Shown: positions 43,387-51,938 of the stretch, one piece after another | How the letters are laid out: each line of letters opens with the position of its first letter | Numbering within the stretch: the stretch's first letter is position 1 | Source: an uncultured Solirubrobacterales bacterium | Lineage (GTDB): Bacteria > Actinomycetota > Thermoleophilia > Solirubrobacterales > 70-9 | NCBI GenBank assembly: GCA_963702055.1 | Contig: OY969702.1 | Span: 1,912,301 to 1,976,300 of the forward strand | Length of the DNA stretch: 64,000 nucleotides | Direction: 5' to 3' | Translations under genes and position numbers: made by a program | Notes under the pieces: generated by a model | Databases searched by the model: none | The model's input: only the letters and a program-made list of their open reading frames with translations | Told to the model about the DNA's origin: nothing

Positions 43387-44678
43387 GGATCGCGATCCTC
43401 GTGGAGGGCACGCGCGGCGACATCTGGCCGCTGATCGCACTTGGGGCGCATATGACCTCCCGAGGTCACGAGGTTGCGGTTACCGCCAGCGAGGAGTTTC
43501 GGCCGATGGCCGACGCGGCGGGCATCCGCTTCGTCGCCCTACCGGCCAGCCGCATTGCCTACCTGGCAAGCGATCAGGGCCAGCGGTCGCTGAACAGCAG
43601 TAGCGCTACCCAAATGCGGGCGTTCCGAGCCTTCATTCGCTCTCATCAAAAAGGGATCGAAGACGCGCTCATCGACGCCGCCGAGGGAGCTGATCTGCTT
43701 GTCACCGGGCATAACACTCAGGATCTCGTCCAATCCCTCGCGATCGCCCGCGGAATCCCGCAGGCGGTAGTCAATCTCTACCCACTCTTCCCGACTGAAG
43801 AGTTCGCACAGCCGATGCTGACGACCAGGCGAGTGCCCACCCCGGCGCTGCGGCGAGCCTCGCACTATCTGATCATTCACCTCTGGTGGCGTATCAACCT
43901 CGATGTCAACCGCTCCTTCGCGCAGCGGCTAGGTCTCTCGCGCACGCCTCGATCGTCGCTCCATCTCTGCGCCGACCCCCGCACATTGGTGCTACAGGCT
44001 TTCAGCCCGAGCTTGCTGCCAAAGCCACGCGACTGGGGTGACAACCAGGCCGTCACCGGCTTTTGGCAACTCCCTCCGGTCCTCCGCGGCTCTCTTGACG
44101 AGGGGTTGGCGGATGACCTTGTGGCTTGGCTCGACGCGGGCGAGCCGCCGGTCTTCCTCGGCTTCGGCAGCATGCCCGTGCTCAACTACAACGGGTTCCT
44201 CGAGATGGCGGCCGAGGCGACCCGCGCGCTCGGGGTCCGGGCAGTCGTCAATATGCCGGTCGTTGGTCGTGACGCGGCGGTGACTGCTCTGCCGGAGCAC
44301 ATGCGAGCGGTGGGAGCGGTGGATCACGAGCGTCTTCTCCCGCACTGCTCGGCGGCAGTGCATCACGGCGGCGCCGGAACGCTTGCCGCCTCGTTGCGGG
44401 CCGGATTGCCGACGATGATCTGCTCGGTTTGGGCCGATCAACCGTTCTGGGGTCGCCGCCTCGAAATACTCGGCGCCGGTGCGCACGTGCCGTTCAAGCG
44501 CCTTGACCGCTCTAAGCTCGAGGCTGGCATACGCAGGCTTCTCTCCGATCCCGTTCGCGAGCGGGCGGCGGCCCTGGGAGAGGCGATCCGCTCCGAAGGC
44601 GACGGCACCGAGGTGGCCGCTGAGTTGCTCGATGAGTGGCTGCCCACCGCTGAGCCCTTCGCGCTGTCCGCGGGTTGA
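43383..44678 (+). CDS. GT1-family UDP-glycosyltransferase (MGT/sterol-glucosyltransferase-like)
   Basis: MRIAILVEGTRGDIWPLIALGAHMTSRGHEVAV...VHHGGAGTLAASLRAGLPTMICSVWADQPFWG. ATGA overlap with TetR. Confidence 0.85.
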   Translation: MRIAILVEGTRGDIWPLIALGAHMTSRGHEVAVTASEEFRPMADAAGIRFVALPASRIAYLASDQGQRSLNSSSATQMRAFRAFIRSHQKGIEDALIDAAEGADLLVTGHNTQDLVQSLAIARGIPQAVVNLYPLFPTEEFAQPMLTTRRVPTPALRRASHYLIIHLWWRINLDVNRSFAQRLGLSRTPRSSLHLCADPRTLVLQAFSPSLLPKPRDWGDNQAVTGFWQLPPVLRGSLDEGLADDLVAWLDAGEPPVFLGFGSMPVLNYNGFLEMAAEATRALGVRAVVNMPVVGRDAAVTALPEHMRAVGAVDHERLLPHCSAAVHHGGAGTLAASLRAGLPTMICSVWADQPFWGRRLEILGAGAHVPFKRLDRSKLEAGIRRLLSDPVRERAAALGEAIRSEGDGTEVAAELLDEWLPTAEPFALSAG

Positions 44679-45051
44679 CGCAGATCGTGCGCCTTGTGTG
44701 GCAGCGCCCTGCGAGAAGCTCCGTCAACTTACGAATGCGGTTGCCACCTTAACCGTCGCGTTTAGTGGCGGTTGAAGTCTGCCGCTTGCGGTTCAACCAC
44801 GTCCGAATCCAGAAAGGCGAGGCAGGGCGGCAGTTCCGTGGACATATCAGGTGGATGGTCGGGTCAGCCGACAGCCAGCTTGGATTCAACTCCGACGCAC
44901 GCGTCCATCGCGGTCCGCGATCGTCTCATCGCGTGCTCGGGACCCGTCAGGCGGGAGCCGCCGAGGTGCCCGCGATTTTGCACGCCGTAGGCGTGCTGAC
45001 GCTGGGCACCGGCTCCCGCACTGGGCGGGACCACGGCCACAGGAGGCTGCG

Positions 45052-45339
45052 ATGAGAGATCGAGTCGACGACCAGCTGATCGGCGACCTTGCGGAAGGCG
45101 AATGTTCGCTCACCTATGACCTGATTCGCGGACGCAGCGTTTGGGAGATCGACCGTATGGTCGACGCCTTCCTGTGTCGTCTCGCGCGGATGAGTCTGGA
45201 GGAGCGGGTGCGCGCGTCTCGCTACGGCGGCTTCACGCGCTGGGAGCGATGGGTTTGGGCGGCGCGCTTTCCTGAGCAAGTCCCGCTGATCAACGGTGAG
45301 TACGAGTGGATCGCCGTCGCAGGAGCCGACTTGGACTGA
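45052..45339 (+). CDS. Hypothetical small protein
   Basis: ATG follows AGGAGG (45041-45046). Confidence 0.45.
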   Translation: MRDRVDDQLIGDLAEGECSLTYDLIRGRSVWEIDRMVDAFLCRLARMSLEERVRASRYGGFTRWERWVWAARFPEQVPLINGEYEWIAVAGADLD

Positions 45340-45350
45340 GCTCTCCGCAG

Positions 45351-45436
45351 ACTTCGCCGTGGCTCGCGCTACGGCTGAGGCACTTCGCGTGTCGCCCTTC
45401 CAATCTGCTTTCCGCTTGAATAGCGCTCTGTCGGAC
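45351..45436 (+). repeat. ~85-bp intergenic repeat, copy A
   Basis: acttcgccgtggctcgcgctacgg...tcgcccttccaatctgctttccgcttgaatagc. Conserved hairpin GCCGTGG-ctcgcg-CTACGGC. Confidence 0.7.
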
Positions 45437-45448
45437 CGCGACGCTTCT

Positions 45449-46516
45449 TTAGGTGACGACACAGTGCCCGGAGCGGTCGCATGTGGCGAGTGACCCCTGC
45501 GCTTTGGGCTTCAGGATGCGCAAACGCCGGCCGTCCCAGCGCTCGACAAGGCGGGGCTGGTTCGCGCTGGCGCTGCTTCGCCCCCCGGTGGCCGTGCAGT
45601 CGCGCGGCGTAACGCAAGCGATGTCGTCGAGGTACGGACCGAACACGTTCCGCCGATTGGACCTGAGGCCCACCGCCCGCACCCGCTTCCATGAGTGGCC
45701 GTTCCAGCGGTAGGCCAGTACGAAGCGTCCCCCACCGACGGCAAGGCAGAATCGTGACGAGGCGCAGGAGACGCTCCTGAGTTCCTCAACCCCGTGCCTG
45801 ACCCTCGGTAGCCGTAGGTGCCGAGCGGTCCAATGATGGCCATTCCAGCGCATGAGGCTTTGCTCTACGAAGGGGCCAGCACCCTCTGCCTCCACCCCAA
45901 CGCACATCCGCGAGGAGCCACAAGAGACCGAGGCCAGTGCGTAGGGCACGAGAATGTCGGCGCCCCCAGGTCCCTTCCCTTTGACCCTCCCGACATGATT
46001 GTGTGGCACGTGCACGGGTCTCCAGCGTCTTCCGTTCCAGTGCTCGGCGAAGTTGACGCCAGTTAGGGAGTCGACCACTCGTTCGCCGACTGCCCAACAA
46101 TCCTGATCCGTGACGCAGGCGATCGAGCGCGCGAGCGCCTGCTGCGATGGCGGTCGCTGTGCGATCCAGCCTTCCTCGGTGCGAGCATCGAGGAACTGCT
46201 GGCGTCCCGATCCGAACGAGGTCACTCCCAGGGCCAAGCACAGTTCGGTCGATGGACAGGAAACCGCGCTCAGGCCGGAGAGGATGTCGCGACTTGGACC
46301 CGGCGCAAGTTCCCGGTGCCAGGCAACTCCATTCCAATGCTCGGCAAACGGACCGCGCTTGTCTCCAGCGACCGCCGTGCAGTCGGTTGCAGAGCTGCAG
46401 CTCACGCTGAGCCCGTGCTGTAGACGGTGCAGCTGGAAGTGCCCTGCGCTCGCCGCCGCGGAGCCCCCCGGGAGAGCCGCCAACACAGCCAATGCAGTGA
46501 TCACCCCACGCCGCAT
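45449..46516 (-). CDS. Secreted protein with 5-6 degenerate [HR]W[ND]Gxx[WL] repeats (beta-propeller-like)
   Basis: Signal MRRGVITALAVLAALPGGSAAASA. Repeats EHWNGVAWHRE, EHWNGRRWRPV, MRWNGHHWTAR, YRWNGHSWKRV, ERWDGRRLRIL at ~45-60 aa spacing. Confidence 0.65.
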   Translation of the reverse strand: MRRGVITALAVLAALPGGSAAASAGHFQLHRLQHGLSVSCSSATDCTAVAGDKRGPFAEHWNGVAWHRELAPGPSRDILSGLSAVSCPSTELCLALGVTSFGSGRQQFLDARTEEGWIAQRPPSQQALARSIACVTDQDCWAVGERVVDSLTGVNFAEHWNGRRWRPVHVPHNHVGRVKGKGPGGADILVPYALASVSCGSSRMCVGVEAEGAGPFVEQSLMRWNGHHWTARHLRLPRVRHGVEELRSVSCASSRFCLAVGGGRFVLAYRWNGHSWKRVRAVGLRSNRRNVFGPYLDDIACVTPRDCTATGGRSSASANQPRLVERWDGRRLRILKPKAQGSLATCDRSGHCVVT

Positions 46517-46730
46517 CGATTTCTCCGTCTCCGCACCTCAGCCACGGCACCACGGTATCGGAGGCAACCCTGGTCCGCCATCGACTCGCTCGCCACAGGA
46601 GCCGGTGCCCTCTCACTCCCGCGGGTTAATTCCCCCGCGGAGTCATCGAAAGCATTCGCCCGTTCGCATGCGACGAGTGCGAGCAGTTGCTGCCGCTTCA
46701 CCGATCTCAATTGAATCGCGAACTGCGAAG

Positions 46731-46815
46731 ACCTTCGCCGTAGCTCGCGCTACGGTTTGGCGGTGCCGCGTATCGCCCTTCCGATCCGCTTTCGTTTGGA
46801 TAGCCGCTCAGTTAG
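46731..46815 (+). repeat. ~85-bp intergenic repeat, copy B
   Basis: Same orientation as copy A and similar along most of its length. Hairpin retained as GCCGTAG-ctcgcg-CTACGGT. Confidence 0.7.
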
Positions 46816-47164
46816 CGGAGAGACGCTGGTCCTCGAAGCTGGCGCTGAGGTTCTGGTTCTGACCAGCTGCTCGGCCGACCTCGGCATCGAGTTGCGCAGC
46901 GCCTATTTGAGTGGGGAGGAACACGCTGACCTCTTGGTTGCGGAGAGCGGCGTGGTCCGGGCGGCTCCGGCCGAACTCGGCTCACGCTGGCTTACCGATG
47001 TGCGCGATGCCCTGAGTTCGCAGCGGCGCCGGGTGTTGTACGACCACCTTCAGCGGTTTCAGGACCTTGCCTTGGAGGCCGGACACGCGCTGAGCTTCGA
47101 CGGGGTCGAGTTGGCGGTTGCGCAGCTTGACCCGCTGGGCGCCGAGCACTTCGCTGGGCGGTAG
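46757..47164 (+). CDS. Doubtful hypothetical ORF (5' end lies inside repeat copy B)
   Basis: ORF only; no convincing start or SD. Confidence 0.2.
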   Translation: MAVPRIALPIRFRLDSRSVSGETLVLEAGAEVLVLTSCSADLGIELRSAYLSGEEHADLLVAESGVVRAAPAELGSRWLTDVRDALSSQRRRVLYDHLQRFQDLALEAGHALSFDGVELAVAQLDPLGAEHFAGR

Positions 47165-47175
47165 ATCGCAGCCCC

Positions 47176-47757
47176 CTACTTCAGGCAGACGACCTCGACT
47201 TCGGCGCTGGCGCTGCCTCCTGAGTCGCTGGTGATCTGACCGGCCCAACCTTCGACGCCGGAGTTGCTGAATGGCTGGGATTCGATGATTCCTACCCGAC
47301 GGTTTCCAGGATCGGTGAAGGTGACCCCGCCGCTGAGCAGGCGCTCACCGACGCCGCACTTCGCGACCTCGGTATTGGAGCTTGTCCAGGTGCTGAGGTC
47401 AGGTGACGCGTCGTTGTCCGCGATCGGAGTGGTGTGGATCACCACCGGCCCCAGTGCGTAGCCGCGAACCGAGTCGGGGGCGATTGCGTTGGCGGTGACG
47501 GCGTTGGCGGCGAGGGCATTGGTGCCGACGGCGCCGCCTCTGAGGGCGCGAGGGGTGACCGAGGCCTTTGTGATCGCGGGCCTTCTGACTGCGTTGCGCG
47601 AGAGGTTGCGGGCAGTCACCGCTCCCTTGGCGATGTCGCCCCTCTTCACCACGTTCTTGCCGGGCAGCGCCCCGGCGTTGCCGGCCAGGGCGACCATCAG
47701 CGCGGTGAACCCGAGGACCGTCCCCAGGCTGGGTAGCTTCAGTCTCAATTTGGGCAT
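47176..47757 (-). CDS. Secreted protein with N-terminal AVTxxxL-type decapeptide repeats and a Cys-bracketed C-terminal domain (paralogue of 58434..59000)
   Basis: AGGAGG SD and signal peptide. ..GAVTARNLSRNAVRRPAITKASVTPRALRGGAVGTNALAANAVTANAIAPDSV.. C-terminal C..G..LLSGG...GW...VVCL. Confidence 0.6.
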   Translation of the reverse strand: MPKLRLKLPSLGTVLGFTALMVALAGNAGALPGKNVVKRGDIAKGAVTARNLSRNAVRRPAITKASVTPRALRGGAVGTNALAANAVTANAIAPDSVRGYALGPVVIHTTPIADNDASPDLSTWTSSNTEVAKCGVGERLLSGGVTFTDPGNRRVGIIESQPFSNSGVEGWAGQITSDSGGSASAEVEVVCLK

Positions 47758-47886
47758 CTCATCCTCCTTGTTCGGACCTGGGGCTCGAAGTCGGTTTCCT
47801 TGATGTCAACACGGGATCGCAGCGCTTGTGGCGCAGCTGGGACGGACGATCTATTTCGCTCCATGCCTCTACAAGCATCCTCACGC

Positions 47887-49500
47887 TCAATGTCTCCCCC
47901 TTCGCGGCGCCTTGACGCGGATGCGGACCGGCTTGCCGGCTCCGCCGACCCAGGGGTAGCCGGCCTGGTTGGGGATCACCGCGCGTAGGCGGTAGGTGCT
48001 CGAGCGGGTGGTGCCGGTGAAGCGGTAGCGAGTGCGGAAGACGCCGTTGGCGTTCGAGGTCGCTTTGCGGAAGGTGAACCAGCGGCGCGAGTGGGGGGCG
48101 CTTGCTTCCAAGACGACGACGCGGCCGCCGGCGCTCGGTCCGGGGACCGAACCGCGGATCTTGATTTTGTGGCCGTTCTTTACCTTGCGCGGGGCGATGT
48201 GCAGGGTCGGCTTGCCGTGGGCGAAGTAGCGGACGTCGCGGGCTACCTGGTTGGCGTCGTGGCGGTAGCCGATCACGATTTCGCGGTTGGGCCCTGCGCC
48301 GACGTCGTAGGAGTAGTGGCCGGAGGCGTCGGTCTTGACGACTCCTACCGATGAGGGCTTTGGGTCGACACCGAGGGTCTGTTGCTTGACGCAGAGGGTT
48401 GCGCCGGAGACCGGGTCACCGGAGTTGGTGGCGAGGCGACCGCTGACGTCGGCGCTTTGGCCGTAGCCGACCGTGATCGTGTCGGCGTTTGTGCCGTCGA
48501 ACTGGGCGCTTAGCTGGTCGCCCCCCGCCACTGGCGATTCGGCGCAGGAGTTGTCGACTTCGACGGTTTGGGACTGGGAGCAGGTCTTGTTCGGGTCGCT
48601 GAGGGTGGCGAAGTCGCTGGCGCAGACCTCGACCGTGTTGGAGCCGTTGCGGAAGGGGTAGGCGCCGGTGTCGAGGTTCCAGCCGGCGCTTGTGTCGGTC
48701 GGGCAGGGTGTCGGCTGCTCGGCGACGGTGCCGATGATGCTCGGGTTGGAGACCTGGGCGAGGCTGCAGTTGGTCGCCTGCGGTTGCGCCGCCGGTAGGC
48801 CGTTGACCGATACCGAGAGGTTGCTGATCCCGCCGCCTTGGTCGTGGGCGTCGACGCTGAGGCTTTGATGGCCGCGCAGGACGTTGCCCGAGAGCAGCGA
48901 GCCTTTGAGGTTGGCGAGGGTCGGGGCTACCGGGTCGACTTCGGTGACGGCGAAGTAGTGGGCGTAGATCCAGGGGCCCGCCGTGCAGCTTCCTTTGCTG
49001 CCGTCGCAGCCCAGCCAGATGTCGAGTGGGCCGTAGGAGCGATTGAGCTGGAAGATCGTCTGCTGTTCGACCGAGCAGTCATCGGGCCAGTTGCCGGAGG
49101 CGATCAAGACGAAGGCGACTACCGCGCTCTGGTAGCCGTCGCACTTGGCGCCCGACATCGTCACCGAGGCCATCGTTCCGCCCGGTGGGGCGGCGATCGG
49201 CACGCTCCAGATCGAGAAGCTGGCGCTGACCGGGCCGGTTTCGGTGATCTTCAGCGATCCGCCGGGCTGGTTGCAGCTGTCGGTCGGGGTGTAGGGGACT
49301 CCGGGGTTGACGGCGAAGCTGACGCCGGCGTCGCCGCCGCCGGGAAGGGCGGAGTCACACATCTCATAGACGTAGCGGGCGGGTGCCGCCTTGGCTTGGT
49401 CGGCGATGAGCAGGACGAGTGTCGTCGCTAGGGCGGTGACGAGAAGCAATCGGATCGCGAAGTCGATTCGGTTTGGCTTTCTGTCTATTGCTGCGTCCAT
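47887..49500 (-). CDS. Large secreted protein (Ig/carboxypeptidase-regulatory-like C-terminal region), distal gene of the transfer operon
   Basis: N-terminal TM/signal IRLLLVTALATTLVLLIADQAKA. Cys-rich beta-type sequence. No catalytic motif recognised. Confidence 0.55.
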   Translation of the reverse strand: MDAAIDRKPNRIDFAIRLLLVTALATTLVLLIADQAKAAPARYVYEMCDSALPGGGDAGVSFAVNPGVPYTPTDSCNQPGGSLKITETGPVSASFSIWSVPIAAPPGGTMASVTMSGAKCDGYQSAVVAFVLIASGNWPDDCSVEQQTIFQLNRSYGPLDIWLGCDGSKGSCTAGPWIYAHYFAVTEVDPVAPTLANLKGSLLSGNVLRGHQSLSVDAHDQGGGISNLSVSVNGLPAAQPQATNCSLAQVSNPSIIGTVAEQPTPCPTDTSAGWNLDTGAYPFRNGSNTVEVCASDFATLSDPNKTCSQSQTVEVDNSCAESPVAGGDQLSAQFDGTNADTITVGYGQSADVSGRLATNSGDPVSGATLCVKQQTLGVDPKPSSVGVVKTDASGHYSYDVGAGPNREIVIGYRHDANQVARDVRYFAHGKPTLHIAPRKVKNGHKIKIRGSVPGPSAGGRVVVLEASAPHSRRWFTFRKATSNANGVFRTRYRFTGTTRSSTYRLRAVIPNQAGYPWVGGAGKPVRIRVKAPRRGRH

Positions 49501-49560
49501 TGGCGTCTCCTTGCTCGTTTGCGCCTTTGCTTCAGATGTCCATCGCGGGCTCGGTTTGCC

Positions 49561-50208
49561 TCACCGCTCAAAGCTGAACTCCTGACTGGGAGACGTAGAG
49601 AAGCTCGGTTTCGGTCCACTTGGGGGTGAAGATGGGCTGGTTGGTGCTGGGGATTGGCTTGGCTGTGGGGTCGCCGCTGGCGGTGGGGTGGGACTTGGCG
49701 TTGCCGCTGCGGTTGTCGTTGAGACCTGTTCGCTCGGTCGTGCTCGGGCCTGGGCGTGCTTGTCGGTGCGGCGGGTTCTCGCTTGGGCGCTGCGGCGCTC
49801 GCGGGTTTGGCGGCTTGCGGGACGGCTGCTCGGTTTGTTTGGTTGCACGGCCGGGTTGGGGCGCGATGCGCTCGGCTGTGCGGGGGCTTGAACAGCCGTC
49901 GTCGCAACCGCACCGCCGCGAGGTGTTGCGGCTGCGACGACGGCGATCAGGGCGATTGCGATCGCGGCGAGGCCGATCGCGGCGAGGCTGCGGGTGGAGG
50001 GGCGGAAGGGTTTGGTTCCGGCGGCGCGGACCAGTTCGATGCGCTGGCTGCGCTCGGCCTCGAAATCGTGCGCGCCGTTCAGCGGCACCGCCTCCTCGCC
50101 CCAGGTGCTCTTGGCGGTGGGGTCTGCGCAGCCGTCGATCTCCGGCTCCGAGTTCTCGCTCGGGGCGGGATCGTCGATTTCGGTTGTCGCGTCCTGCTCC
50201 AAGTTCAT
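49561..50208 (-). CDS. Single-pass membrane protein with Pro/Ser/Ala-rich tail
   Basis: TM LAAIGLAAIAIALIAVVAAA. ATGA overlap with the coupling-protein stop. Confidence 0.55.
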   Translation of the reverse strand: MNLEQDATTEIDDPAPSENSEPEIDGCADPTAKSTWGEEAVPLNGAHDFEAERSQRIELVRAAGTKPFRPSTRSLAAIGLAAIAIALIAVVAAATPRGGAVATTAVQAPAQPSASRPNPAVQPNKPSSRPASRQTRERRSAQARTRRTDKHAQARARPSEQVSTTTAAATPSPTPPPAATPQPSQSPAPTSPSSPPSGPKPSFSTSPSQEFSFER

Positions 50209-51938
50209 GGCGCGGACTCCTTGTGCGACCCGACGGGTTGCTCAAGTTTTCCTGAGTCTCTTGAGACTTTCAACCCCGCTACCTCCTGTAAAGAGCGCAG
50301 CTCGACCTTTGTCGGAGGCAGGTGGCCGTAGATCAGCAGCGCCTTGCCGCGCTCGGTCTCGCGTACAACGTTGGCCGGGGTCAGCTGGCGGTAGGTGCTC
50401 AGCTCGGTGGTCGAGCTGTGTCCCTCGCCGGAGGTATGGGAGCGCTCCTGGAACTCACCGGCTCCGACCACCCGCGTCGCGTAGTCGAGCGTCTCGGGGT
50501 CGGAGATCCCCGTCCCGAACAGCTTGGCCCGGTGGTTGTTGACGATCGTCTGCGCCTGCTCGCCGTAGCGGCTGCGGACCTGGGCGAGGTCCTGGAAGAC
50601 CGAGAGCAGCTGGATTCCTTGGCCGGCGCCGGTCGCCGCTACCTCGTCGAGGTTGGGGATCGGGGCGATGTTGGCGGCTTCGTCGAGGACGAGGAGCAGC
50701 GGCGGGTCGATCGGCTTGCCGGTTGCCGCAGCGCTCTCATAGACCACGGCGAGCAGCTCCTGGATCATCATCGAGAACAGCGGGCGCAGCCGCTCCTGTT
50801 CGTGGGCGGGGGCGCAGAGGTAGAGGGTGTTGTTGCCGTGCAGCAGGGCGGCGGGGGTGTAGTCGGCGTGCTGGGTTTCCTCGGCGACGTGGGGGTCGGC
50901 GAAGGCGGCGACGATCGTCTCCGCCGTGGTCTGGATCGAGCTGCGCTGGCGCTTCTCGCGCGCCAGGCTCGCCCGCCAGGAGCGCCTGGCCTCAGAGCGC
51001 CCCTCGCCCGCGCCCTCGAGTAGCGCTTCCACTTCCTTTGTGGCGCCCTCGCCTTCTTCCAGCCAGCGCACCACATCGGCGATCGTCTTCTTCGGCTCCG
51101 ACGCCGCCGCGAAGAGCAACGGCGCCAGCAGCTTCTCCGCCGCCGCGTACCAGAACTCCGCGTCATCGATCCCGGCGCGGGCCGGCCGCGCGGCGCGGCT
51201 CAGCCAGTGGGCCACCCGCATCGCCCCGCGCCAGCTGCCGCAGCCATTCAGCGGTGTCGCTTTGACGCGGGCCAGCTCGGTCACCCGGGCGGGGTCGAAG
51301 ACCATCGCCCTGCCAAGCTTTGACCTCGCCGTCATCGTGTCGCGCACAAGGTCGGTCTTGATCGAGGTCGCCACCGCTGGTCCCGGCCACTCCAGCAGCG
51401 CCGGGATCGCCAGCGCTGTCGTCTTGCCGCTCTGGGAGGGGGCGACGACGATCACCGATTGACGCTGCTCGGCGGCGAGCAGGCGGCGGTGGGCGCGGCC
51501 GAGGATCACCCGGCCCGGTTGTGCCTCCTTGACGAACAGCGCCCGCAGGTCGCGCTTGGCGGCCCAGCGAGCGCTCGCCGGACTGTCCTTGTGGCCGAGT
51601 TTGAGCAACGCGCCCCAGGGCTTCTCCCGTGCCAGCCGCAGGGCGGCGGCAATTGCCTCGCCGAGCGTGGCGAGGATGAGCGCCAGCGCCAGGTAGAAGC
51701 CGATCGCGCCGGGCAGGGCGTGGCGCATCGCGGCGGGCCAGGCGGCGCGCGGGTCGCCGAGGTGGGCGGGGAGACGGAGCGCCGTGGCGAGGAGTTGGGG
51801 CGCGGGGGTGCTGATCCAACCGTCGCCGAAGAGCGCCGCCCCCAGCGCCCCGCTCAGCCAGAGCACGCCGAGCGCGGCGATCGCGAAGCCGGCCAGCGGC
51901 AGCAGCGCGCCGCCGCCGGGTGGAGGGGGCTGCTTCAC
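50205..51938 (-). CDS. Type IV coupling protein (VirD4/TraG/TraD family)
   Basis: GTG 51938 overlaps the upstream stop (GTGA). Two N-terminal TMs, Walker A VVAPSQSGKTT, Walker B LLLVLDEAANI, QLLSVFQDLAQ. Confidence 0.85.
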   Translation of the reverse strand: MKQPPPPGGGALLPLAGFAIAALGVLWLSGALGAALFGDGWISTPAPQLLATALRLPAHLGDPRAAWPAAMRHALPGAIGFYLALALILATLGEAIAAALRLAREKPWGALLKLGHKDSPASARWAAKRDLRALFVKEAQPGRVILGRAHRRLLAAEQRQSVIVVAPSQSGKTTALAIPALLEWPGPAVATSIKTDLVRDTMTARSKLGRAMVFDPARVTELARVKATPLNGCGSWRGAMRVAHWLSRAARPARAGIDDAEFWYAAAEKLLAPLLFAAASEPKKTIADVVRWLEEGEGATKEVEALLEGAGEGRSEARRSWRASLAREKRQRSSIQTTAETIVAAFADPHVAEETQHADYTPAALLHGNNTLYLCAPAHEQERLRPLFSMMIQELLAVVYESAAATGKPIDPPLLLVLDEAANIAPIPNLDEVAATGAGQGIQLLSVFQDLAQVRSRYGEQAQTIVNNHRAKLFGTGISDPETLDYATRVVGAGEFQERSHTSGEGHSSTTELSTYRQLTPANVVRETERGKALLIYGHLPPTKVELRSLQEVAGLKVSRDSGKLEQPVGSHKESAP

